Shown here piece after piece: positions 1 through 7,749 of a stretch of 32,000 nucleotides of DNA. The number at the start of each line of letters is the position of its first letter. Within the stretch, counting starts at the first letter, position 1. The stretch is from Burkholderia sp. 4M9327F10. Its GTDB lineage: Bacteria > Pseudomonadota > Gammaproteobacteria > Burkholderiales > Burkholderiaceae. A model generated the notes under the pieces. The model did not search any database. It was not told where the DNA came from and saw only the letters and a program-made list of their open reading frames with translations. The translations under genes and the position numbers were made by a program. The stretch spans positions 1 to 32,000 of the forward strand of contig NZ_SCNV01000033.1 in assembly GCF_005503145.1 (NCBI RefSeq), in the 5' to 3' direction.

Positions 1-417
1 GCGTATGCCGAGTCGCTGCGCGAGCAGGCCGCGCGTCTTGGCGTCGGCGAGCGGCTGCAGTTCGCCGGCTTTCGCGACGACATGCCGGCGTGGATGAAGG
101 CGGTGGACGTGATTCTGCATACGTCGACCGAGCCGGAGCCGTTCGGGCGGGTGATCATCGAAGGGATGGCCGCGGGCCGGCCGGTGATCGCCGCCGCGGC
201 CGGCGGGGTGAAGGAAATCGTCCGGCATCGCAAGAACGGCTGGCTGGTGCCGCCCGGCAATGTCGAGGCGCTTACCGAGGCCATCGATATGTTGCGGACC
301 ACGCCCGCGCTTGCACAACAACTCGCCAGCGCCGCGCTGATCGATGTCGAACAGCACTTCTGCGTCGACGCCTATCTCGAGCGGATGAAACAGGCCATTG
401 CCGGCAGCGTCCGCTGA
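1..417 (+). CDS. Glycosyltransferase family 4 (GT-B fold), C-terminal fragment; the gene starts upstream of the window
   Basis: Frame 1 is open from base 1 (AYAESLREQAARLGV...) to the TGA at 415-417. It carries the GT4 C-terminal donor-binding signature EPFGRVIIEGMAAGRPVIAAAAGGVKEIV...NGWLVPPGN. Confidence 0.85.
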   Translation, partial: AYAESLREQAARLGVGERLQFAGFRDDMPAWMKAVDVILHTSTEPEPFGRVIIEGMAAGRPVIAAAAGGVKEIVRHRKNGWLVPPGNVEALTEAIDMLRTTPALAQQLASAALIDVEQHFCVDAYLERMKQAIAGSVR

Positions 418-593
418 CACGCCCGGTGAGCGGCAACTGCGGGTGCTAACCCGGATCAACCAGGATCAACCGATCTCAGCCCATATGGCCCGATGACCGC
501 CACATGGGCCAGTGTTCGGCATCGAACGATGCGGCGGGTCTGCTTCGCCTAGCATGCGCTGAGGCGGCCACACCTTTGTGCCGCACGGAGACC

Positions 594-1754
594 ATGATGA
601 GCTTGCCTGGATTGCCGCGTGCCACGACGCGCTGGATCGTACTCCTGTGCGTCTACACGCTGGTCGCCAGTGCGTCGTTTTGCGGCTTCTTTGCGAAGTA
701 CGCGCTACGCGACGACTCGACCAACGACGCCATGATCCTGATGCTGGACGGCACAGCGGATCGTCCTTACGTCTACCGCCAGTTGCTGCCCACGGCCGCC
801 AATCTCCTCGACCGCGCACTCCCGGACAGCGTCAAGGCGCGTTTCATCGGTCATCTGCAAGAGGACTATCCGAAGCACAACTGGCTCGCCAATACCTTTG
901 CGCGGGCCACCGACGCCGCCAGGCCGCAATACGCGCTGCGCTATTACCTGGTGTACGGCATGGTGTTCATGGCGTTGCTGGGCGCCATGCTGATGCTGCG
1001 CCTGCTTTGCCTGCAACTGGTCGGCAATGAAGTGGCGGCGACGCTCGCGCCGCTCGTGTTCGCGCTCGCAGTGCCGGCGGGCAACTTCTGGGATTTTCCC
1101 GAACTGTGCTTCATGACGCTCGCCGTCTGGGTCGCTGTGCGCGGGCGGCTGCTGTGGCTGATTCCGCTCACGCTCGCCGCTACCCTCAACAAGGAGTCTT
1201 TCCTGTTTTATCTGCTCGCGCTGTATCCGTTCGTGGCAGCGCGCGTAGCACGATCGCGGGCGATCGCGTATCTCGGCGTGTGCATGGCGCTTGCGGCTGC
1301 GGTCAACTTTGCGACCAAGCTTCACTATGCCGGCAACCCCGGCGATCTCGCGCAGTTCCACCTTTGGGACAACCTGCGCTTCCTGGCCGATCCGCGTAAC
1401 TACCTGCGCGGCGAATACACCTACGGAATCCTCTTGCCGAAGGGCTTCAATATCCTGCTGCTGTTTCTGGCGTTCGTGGTGGTGCGAGCCGGCTGGCCCG
1501 CCTTGCCGCCGGCCGCACGGCAGCATGCGCTGATTGTGTGTGCGATCAATATTCCGCTCTATCTGCTGTTCGGTTACGGCGACGAAATTCGCGCACTGAG
1601 CATGGTGGATGTCAGCGCAGCACTGCTGGTTTGCGGAGGACTCGCAGCTTATGTGTCGCGGGCGCTGGCGCCGGCGAGCGCACCGGTACCGGCGCGTCAG
1701 GCCGCGCCCAAGACACACAGTCAAGCCGCGCTGGATCTGACTACCGGCCCTTGA
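594..1754 (+). CDS. Polytopic inner-membrane protein of unknown function; candidate GT-C-like or polymerase-like EPS protein
   Basis: The ORF spans 504-1754. The tandem ATGs at 594/597 follow a GGAG and open directly into a hydrophobic N-terminus (WIVLLCVYTLVASASFCGFF). The first loop is acidic (RDDSTNDAMILMLDGTADRPYVY). The rest is many hydrophobic segments with no soluble domain. GC3 is high throughout. The start is uncertain. Confidence 0.6.
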   Translation: MMSLPGLPRATTRWIVLLCVYTLVASASFCGFFAKYALRDDSTNDAMILMLDGTADRPYVYRQLLPTAANLLDRALPDSVKARFIGHLQEDYPKHNWLANTFARATDAARPQYALRYYLVYGMVFMALLGAMLMLRLLCLQLVGNEVAATLAPLVFALAVPAGNFWDFPELCFMTLAVWVAVRGRLLWLIPLTLAATLNKESFLFYLLALYPFVAARVARSRAIAYLGVCMALAAAVNFATKLHYAGNPGDLAQFHLWDNLRFLADPRNYLRGEYTYGILLPKGFNILLLFLAFVVVRAGWPALPPAARQHALIVCAINIPLYLLFGYGDEIRALSMVDVSAALLVCGGLAAYVSRALAPASAPVPARQAAPKTHSQAALDLTTGP

Positions 1755-1819
1755 GGTCCGCCAATGCGATCCCCGCACGTCGCGCCGTGCTCCGGTTTCG
1801 CTAAACGTAGAGGTGCGCA

Positions 1820-3022
1820 TTGAACATCCCCAATCGCCGCTGGGCAGCCGGGCCACGCCTGATAACCGGCGTTTGCGCCGTCATGCTGCTCGTTTATCTC
1901 GTCAGCGTGGCGAGTCACGATTTCTTCTGGGACCTGTCGGTCTATGAGCGGGCGCTACGCGATCTGAGGCAAGGCCTCGACCCATACCGCGGCGATGCCG
2001 GCCTGCCGTTCGTCTACCATCCTCTGGTGCTCGACGCGCTCGCCTGGCTGAACCGGCTCGTCTCCCTGCGGTTTGCGCTAGTGGTGCTGTATCTGCTCAG
2101 CTTCGGCTGGTTTTGCCGCGAAGTCCTGCTCTGGCTGCGCACCAACGCGCAGTGGATGCCGCCCCAGGCCATGCACGCGTCCGGTTCGGCTGGAGTGTGG
2201 CGCGGTGTGTCGTCGCTGCTGGCCGCCGCGGTGTTCGGCGGGGTCGGTGTCACGGCGGTCCTGTCCGGCAATCTCACGACCTTCATGCATCTCACGCTGA
2301 TTGCGGCATTCCTGATGGGACAACGCAAGGGTGGCCGGCTCGCGAGCTACGCACTGGTTGCGCTCGTGCTGGTGCTTGCGCTCATCAAGCCGTATTTCCT
2401 GCTGTATCTGTTGATCCCGCCGCTGCTCGCCGACGGCAAGCGCGTGGAGTGGGTGAGGGCAGCCGCCGGGCTGGCGCTATTCGCCATGATATGGCTGCTG
2501 CTTGCGCATGCCGATCCGCAGCGTTACGCGGCCTTCATGGCGGCGCTCAACGAGGAGGCGCTCGGCAAGAGCGATTACGGTTATTCGTTCTTCGCGACCT
2601 TCATGCGTATCGTTCACAACCACTGGCTCGCGCTCGCATTGCACGTGATCGCCTCCGCGCTGCTGCTCGGGCTGGCCATGTTGCTGTTCGTCAGAAAGGC
2701 CCGCGTGCAGCGCGCATCGGGGGCGGCGTTCTTCCTGCTCTACATGGTGTTGACGCTCGCCAATCCGCGCATGAAGGAATACGATTTTTTCCCGGCCCTC
2801 GTGTGCTTTTTTATCTTTCTCCAAACCATCCCGGTGCGCGCCGGACTGATCGTACTGACCGGCCTGTGCATCTCGTGGATTCCGCTGCTGATCGGCGCCA
2901 TGCGGGCGGCCGGTGTCGCGTTCCCGGCTCTTTCGGGGGCGTCGAACACCTGGCAGATCGTCGGCCTGGCGGCAGCCACGCTGACTCTCGCGCTGACCCT
3001 GCTGAAACCGCGCGTCCCGTAA
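1820..3022 (+). CDS. Polytopic membrane protein resembling DUF2029/GT87-type (GT-C fold) polyprenyl-phosphate-sugar-dependent glycosyltransferases
   Basis: TTG start at 1820 with GAGG 6 nt upstream. After TM1 the loop HDFFWDLSVYERALRDLRQGLDPYRGDAGLPFVYHPL fits the D..Y....G..PY....F.Y.P pattern I associate with DUF2029. Ten or more hydrophobic segments by eye. Confidence 0.6.
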   Translation: MNIPNRRWAAGPRLITGVCAVMLLVYLVSVASHDFFWDLSVYERALRDLRQGLDPYRGDAGLPFVYHPLVLDALAWLNRLVSLRFALVVLYLLSFGWFCREVLLWLRTNAQWMPPQAMHASGSAGVWRGVSSLLAAAVFGGVGVTAVLSGNLTTFMHLTLIAAFLMGQRKGGRLASYALVALVLVLALIKPYFLLYLLIPPLLADGKRVEWVRAAAGLALFAMIWLLLAHADPQRYAAFMAALNEEALGKSDYGYSFFATFMRIVHNHWLALALHVIASALLLGLAMLLFVRKARVQRASGAAFFLLYMVLTLANPRMKEYDFFPALVCFFIFLQTIPVRAGLIVLTGLCISWIPLLIGAMRAAGVAFPALSGASNTWQIVGLAAATLTLALTLLKPRVP

Positions 3023-3048
3023 GCTGCCAGCCCGCCCGCAAGCCATCC

Positions 3049-5460
3049 TCAAACGTGGTGATCCGCACCCGGATCGCCCGACGTGTACGAATACGCGTAA
3101 GCGTAGTCATACGTGCCGTAGCGGCCGTTACGCTTCACCTGCATGGCGTTCATCACGCCGCCGATCACATGGGCGCGCGCCCGATGCAGCTTCTTTAGCG
3201 CGGCGCCAATGTGGCGCTCCGTATGCGCCCCGGCGCGCATCACCAGCACGGTTGCACCGGCGAGGTTGGCGATGATCGCGGCATCGGCAACCGCGAGCAG
3301 CGGCGGCGTGTCGACGATCACCAGATCGAACTGCTCCGAGAAGCGCTGCAGTATTTCGGCGAAGCGGCTCGAGGTGAGGATCTCGGACGGGTTCGGCGGA
3401 TAGGCGCCGGCCGCGATGAAGTGCAGCCCGTTGACGCCGGTCTCGCGCGCCGCCATTTTCAGGTCTACCTGGCCGGTCAGCAATTCGGTCAACCCGCCAT
3501 TGGGCGAGCGTCCGAAATACTGCGCGAGGCGGCCGCGGCGCAAGTCGGCGTCGATCAGCAGCACGCGCTTGCCCGACTCCGCGAACAGCGCGGCGAGATT
3601 CGCGCACAGAAAGCTCTTGCCGTCGGCCGGGGCCGGACTCGTGAAGGCGACGATGCGGTTGCTGGCTTCGATCAGGCCGAACTGCAGCGTGGCGCGCAGG
3701 CCGCGCAGCCCCTCCACCGAGCGGTCGAACGGATGCGTCTTGGCAAGCAGGGAGCGGCGCGCCACGTGGGCGCCGTGCGGCATCGGCATTACCGGCGCTG
3801 CCGGCTCCTGGGCCGTGACCGGCGCGGCGGAGCGGGCGGCACGCGAGCGGATCAGGCGCGCGAGACCCGAGGGCAGCGCGGGCATCAGCGACGGCGAGCG
3901 CAGGTTGGCTGTACGCGTGCCGTTCGGCAGCGCCGGCCGGCGGCTGCTGGCGATCAGTTGATCGCCGCGCCATTGTTCCGCACTGATCGGGATGGAGCCG
4001 AAGATCGGCAGGCGGAAGCGCCGTTCGACCATGTCCGGATCGGCCACGCCGGCGAAGAAGGTGCGCCGGCAGAAGGCAAATCCGACGCCTGCGATGATGC
4101 CCAGCACCGCGCCCGCGGAAACGATCAGCGGTACTTTCGGGCTCATCGGATCGGCGGGCACCAGCGCCTTGTCGACGATATGCACGTTCCCGATCGTGCC
4201 GGCCCGGGTAATCGACAGCTCCTGGGTCTTGTTGAGCAGCGCCACATAGATCTCTTCGGCAACCTTGGCATCGCGTTGCAGCGAAACGGCTTCGCGTTCC
4301 GAGCCCGGCAGGGTCTTGAAACGGTCTTCGAAACGGGCCTTTTCTGCGGTGAGGGCGGCCAGTTGCGAGTCGACCGACTGCACCTCGGGGCTATCCAGCG
4401 TGAAGCGCTGCAGCAACTGGGCGCGCGCAATGCGCAGTCCGGCGATCTGCTTTTCGTACTCCAGCCCGCCTTGCAGGAACACGGAGGATTCCTGGGTCGG
4501 CTGGAACGAACCGACGCGTTCCTGATACTCGGAGAGCGCCGTTTCGGCGCTTTTCAGTTCGGCGCGCAGGTGCGGCAGCTCGCCGTTGAGGAAGGTCAGC
4601 ATCTTGCTGGCTTCCTCCTGGGCCCGCTCAGTGCGCTGGCGCAGATACGAGTCCGCCACGGCATTGGTGATCGCGGTGATGAACTTCGGATCGACGCCCA
4701 TGTACGACAGTTGCACGACGCCGGTGTCGCGGCCTTTTTCGGCGACCTGCAGGCCGCCGGCAAGGCTCATGACGGCATCCAGCTGGTTGGCGCGCGTCAC
4801 GAAGAACTCGGTGCCGGGCCGCGCCACCAGTTGCGTGACCTTCAACGACACGCCGTTGTCTTCGGCGAGCTTGCCGGCGGTGCCGGTGAGCAGCACCTGC
4901 TGCTGCGGATCGAGCAGCTCGTAGCGGCCGTCGCCGAGCGCGCGCAGGGTGAGGGTGACGCCTTCGAGCGATTTCGGCACGTTCACCGAATCGACGTTGA
5001 ACTGCTCGCCGCCCCATGCATACGAACGCATGCCGAACCATGCCGGCAGCGGGCGTCCAGGATGCGCGAACAGCGCCGACAGTTTGCCGAGATACGGCAT
5101 CACGTTGGGCCCGGCGCTGAAGTTCAGCTTGAACTGCTCGACCACCGGCTCGACCACCGCGCGGCTCTTCATAATTTCGATTTCGGCATCGGTATGCAGG
5201 CTGTTGCCCGCAGCCGAAAGCGAACTGAGCGCCGCCACGCTGGAGGAGTTCGGCGACGTCGATTCCACCTGCAGCAACGCGTCGGCCGAGTAGATCCGCG
5301 TGGCGGTGTGGGCATAGATCACGGCGGCGAGAAACACGCCGCCCGCGATGCCCACCACCCACCAGATCTGTTCGATCACCATGCGCAACAGATCGCGCAT
5401 TACCTCGTCTTCGTCGTTGCCGGGCGCAGGCGAGAATTCAGGCATGTCATAGGTACTCAT
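3049..5460 (-). CDS. wzc: Polysaccharide co-polymerase / BY tyrosine autokinase (Wzc/EpsB/BceF-like)
   Basis: 803 aa. TM1 is WWVVGIAGGVFLAAVIYA, followed by a long periplasmic coiled-coil region and TM2 (LIVSAGAVLGIIAGVGFAF). The C-terminal kinase has Walker A SPAPADGKS, Walker A' LLIDADLRRG, Walker B DLVIVDTPP, and a terminal Tyr cluster YGTYDYAYAYSYTSG. Confidence 0.92.
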   Translation of the reverse strand: MSTYDMPEFSPAPGNDEDEVMRDLLRMVIEQIWWVVGIAGGVFLAAVIYAHTATRIYSADALLQVESTSPNSSSVAALSSLSAAGNSLHTDAEIEIMKSRAVVEPVVEQFKLNFSAGPNVMPYLGKLSALFAHPGRPLPAWFGMRSYAWGGEQFNVDSVNVPKSLEGVTLTLRALGDGRYELLDPQQQVLLTGTAGKLAEDNGVSLKVTQLVARPGTEFFVTRANQLDAVMSLAGGLQVAEKGRDTGVVQLSYMGVDPKFITAITNAVADSYLRQRTERAQEEASKMLTFLNGELPHLRAELKSAETALSEYQERVGSFQPTQESSVFLQGGLEYEKQIAGLRIARAQLLQRFTLDSPEVQSVDSQLAALTAEKARFEDRFKTLPGSEREAVSLQRDAKVAEEIYVALLNKTQELSITRAGTIGNVHIVDKALVPADPMSPKVPLIVSAGAVLGIIAGVGFAFCRRTFFAGVADPDMVERRFRLPIFGSIPISAEQWRGDQLIASSRRPALPNGTRTANLRSPSLMPALPSGLARLIRSRAARSAAPVTAQEPAAPVMPMPHGAHVARRSLLAKTHPFDRSVEGLRGLRATLQFGLIEASNRIVAFTSPAPADGKSFLCANLAALFAESGKRVLLIDADLRRGRLAQYFGRSPNGGLTELLTGQVDLKMAARETGVNGLHFIAAGAYPPNPSEILTSSRFAEILQRFSEQFDLVIVDTPPLLAVADAAIIANLAGATVLVMRAGAHTERHIGAALKKLHRARAHVIGGVMNAMQVKRNGRYGTYDYAYAYSYTSGDPGADHHV

Positions 5461-5485
5461 GTTATTGGTCTCTCGCTAGCCGGCG

Positions 5486-6745
5486 TTAAGGTGCAAGTTG
5501 CTTGGTGAAGAACAGCGTTTGCAGCGATGGTGTGATCAGGTCGAGCAGGCGGTTAAAGCGCGCGGAGTTGGCGATCTGCACATAGATCACGTCGCGCGGC
5601 TGCAACTGGAACTGCGTCATCAGCATCAACGCGTCCACCTGCGTCATGTCGAGGCGGAACACGTCGGGCTTCGACAGTGCGGTCTTTACCGTGCCGTTCG
5701 GTCCCGGCTCGGGATTGACGCCGCGAATCACATAGATGACGTGCGGGTTCGCCGTATGGCTGTCGATGCTGCCGGCGCTCGTGAGCGCATCGGCGAGCGT
5801 GAGCTTGCCGCGGTTCATGGGCACGATCGACGGCTTCGAGATTTCGCCGAGCACGAATACGCGGCTATTGGTGCGGTCAGGCACATCGATGATGTCGCCG
5901 TCCTGCAGCACCACGTTTTGCCTGACGTTGCCGTCGTCGAGGATGGACGCCACGTCGATCTGATAGCGCTTGCCGTCGCGGGTGATGCCGACGTTCTGCA
6001 GATCGGCGTCCTGGGGGGCGCCGCCGGCGCGGTTGAGCGCGTCGATGATCGTCAGCGGCACGTCGGTGATGGCCTGCGCCTGAGGCGTGCGCACATCGCC
6101 GAGCACCTGGACCTGCTTGCTGTTGAAGCCGGTCACGCGCACGTCGAGCTGAGGGCCGCGGATCGTTTTGGCGAGCCCCGCGGTGAGCCGCTCCTGCACC
6201 TGCTGGGCGGTCAGGCCGGCCACCTTGATGCGGCCGACCCGCGGGAAAAATACGGTGCCGTTGGCGGCCACGCGCAGCGTCAGGCCGCCGGGCTCGCCGC
6301 CGCCGGTGGCGGCTGGGCTGGTCGAAGGCGTGGCGGCAAGCGATGAGCCGCCCGCGGCCGCACCCGCGCCCGCGCTTGGCAGCGTGGGCAAGGGCGGCAC
6401 GCCGCCGGCGGCACTGCCGCCCTGGGAGGTGAGCTCAGGATGGTCCCAGACGATCACTTGCAACTGGTCACCCGGGCCGATCCGGTATTCGTACTGCGTG
6501 CGCGTCTGGGGCGACAGGCAGGTGAGCGGGCAAGCCGCTGCCGGGGTAGTCTGCAGCGAGACGTGGCTGAAGTAGCCCGCGTCGATCGGTTGCACCTGCA
6601 CCATATCGGCGGGAGTCGGCTTTTGCGCCACCTGGGGATCCTGCAGATTGCTGTTGTCGAGGAACGCGCCCGGCGTAAACGAACACGCCGAACACAGACC
6701 CAACGACAGTGCAGCCAACCCCGTCAAAATCGTTCTGGATATCAT
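5486..6745 (-). CDS. wza: Outer-membrane polysaccharide export lipoprotein (Wza/BceE-like)
   Basis: ATG at 6745 with GAGGGA 8 nt upstream. The signal peptide ends ...LSLGLCSAC. Poly_export motif YRIGPGDQLQVIVWDHPEL. SLBB-like repeats are present (GTVFFPRVGRIKVAGLT, VQVLGDVRTPQ, RVFVLGEISKPS). Sits 25 nt upstream of wzc. Confidence 0.9.
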   Translation of the reverse strand: MISRTILTGLAALSLGLCSACSFTPGAFLDNSNLQDPQVAQKPTPADMVQVQPIDAGYFSHVSLQTTPAAACPLTCLSPQTRTQYEYRIGPGDQLQVIVWDHPELTSQGGSAAGGVPPLPTLPSAGAGAAAGGSSLAATPSTSPAATGGGEPGGLTLRVAANGTVFFPRVGRIKVAGLTAQQVQERLTAGLAKTIRGPQLDVRVTGFNSKQVQVLGDVRTPQAQAITDVPLTIIDALNRAGGAPQDADLQNVGITRDGKRYQIDVASILDDGNVRQNVVLQDGDIIDVPDRTNSRVFVLGEISKPSIVPMNRGKLTLADALTSAGSIDSHTANPHVIYVIRGVNPEPGPNGTVKTALSKPDVFRLDMTQVDALMLMTQFQLQPRDVIYVQIANSARFNRLLDLITPSLQTLFFTKQLAP

Positions 6746-6785
6746 GGTTATGGTCCCTCGCGTTACATGTTGCGCTGTAGCGCGC

Positions 6786-7730
6786 CTAGCGTTTTGCTTC
6801 TTGCCAGGCTCCGCGCAGCGCGCGTATGCCGATCCACCATTTGCGCAAGGCGAGCGCCGGTCCGGCTCCCCCGATGGCGAGGGTCAGCGCGCGGGCCAGC
6901 CCCGGATCCGCGCGCGTACCGATCAGCGTTGCATAGACGACGAACGCGCACCGCCCCGGCAGGGACAGGTGATCGCGCATGATGAGCCGCAAATTGAACG
7001 ACGCGTTATAGAAGGCGGCATGGTTGAAAATGAAACGCTGATCTTCGTCGCTGCGCGGCGCCGGATAGTGCTCGACGAGGATCGACGGGTCGTAGATCAG
7101 TTCCCATGCGCGCTGCCTCACATCGAGGCTGAACTGCATTTCGCAATGCACCTGCGCACCGGTCCCGCGCAGTCTTTCGTCAAAGCGCAGCCCTTCGACT
7201 GCCGTGCGCCTGAAGGCCATGTTGACGCCCTTCAGGACATGCACCGGACGCGGCTCGCCGCAGCCGATGTGATGATTGCCGATGGCGCGCCCATACCAGC
7301 GCACGAGGCCGACACGGCGCATCGCGCCGGCAAGCACCGTGCCTTTCTCATGCACGATGTCGCGCCCGCCGATGCCGCCGGCCTCGGGATGCCGCTCGAA
7401 GCCGTCGACGAGGCGCCGGGTCCAGTCGGGGTGCGGCGCCGCATCGTCGTCGGTGAAACCGATCAGCTCGCCCCCGGCGGCCTGCAGGCCGCGGTTGTAC
7501 GCCGCCACCACGCCTGGCTCGCCAACCAGCGCGACGCGCAGCGCGTCGCTGCCGGGACGCCGCAGCCGCTCGCGCAGCAAGGCCTGGGTCGCGGCATCGT
7601 CGGCACGCGCGACGACGATCACTTCGTCGGCCGGGCGCAACTGCGCCTCGAGCGCCGCGAGGCAGCGCGCGAGGTCGGCCGGCCGGCGATAGGTCGGCAC
7701 GATTACGGACAGGCGTTGCGCCCCATTCAC
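6786..7730 (-). CDS. Glycosyltransferase family 2
   Basis: Motifs: LSVIVPTYRRPADLARCLAAL (GT-A N-terminus), VIVVARADD, and FTDDDAAPHPDW (DxD). The longest ORF starts at a TTG at 7772, which overlaps the upstream gene by 23 nt. I prefer the GTG at 7730, which has GGGAG 7 nt upstream. The start is uncertain. Confidence 0.8.
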   Translation of the reverse strand: MNGAQRLSVIVPTYRRPADLARCLAALEAQLRPADEVIVVARADDAATQALLRERLRRPGSDALRVALVGEPGVVAAYNRGLQAAGGELIGFTDDDAAPHPDWTRRLVDGFERHPEAGGIGGRDIVHEKGTVLAGAMRRVGLVRWYGRAIGNHHIGCGEPRPVHVLKGVNMAFRRTAVEGLRFDERLRGTGAQVHCEMQFSLDVRQRAWELIYDPSILVEHYPAPRSDEDQRFIFNHAAFYNASFNLRLIMRDHLSLPGRCAFVVYATLIGTRADPGLARALTLAIGGAGPALALRKWWIGIRALRGAWQEAKR

Positions 7731-7749
7731 CGTAGCACTCCCGTAGGAC

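Noticed and set aside
431-470. Short direct repeat GGATCAACC-A-GGATCAACC in the gap between the first GT4 and the membrane protein gene.
   Set aside because: Only two 9-nt copies with no dyad and no flanking inverted repeats. There is too little signal to call a binding site or a mobile-element scar.
5461-5485. Expectation of a wzb (low-molecular-weight phosphotyrosine phosphatase) gene between wza and wzc.
   Set aside because: The gap is only 25 nt, and no roughly 150-aa CX5R-motif ORF exists anywhere in the window. The gene is simply absent here and may be elsewhere in the genome.
3211-5508. 765-aa ORF on the + strand, antisense to wzc. Similar long antisense or out-of-frame ORFs occur at 705-1856 (-), 6648-7790 (+), 10643-11767 (+), 14265-15287 (+), 14785-16410 (+), 19320-20117 (-), 21823-22794 (-), 24123-25043 (-), 25117-26208 (-), 27380-29155 (-) and 30919-31935 (-).
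   Set aside because: Their composition is dominated by Arg/Ala/Gly/Pro/His runs with no recognisable motifs. Each lies opposite or out of frame to an ORF with clear family signatures. This is the expected stop-codon-poor shadow-ORF artefact of GC-rich DNA.
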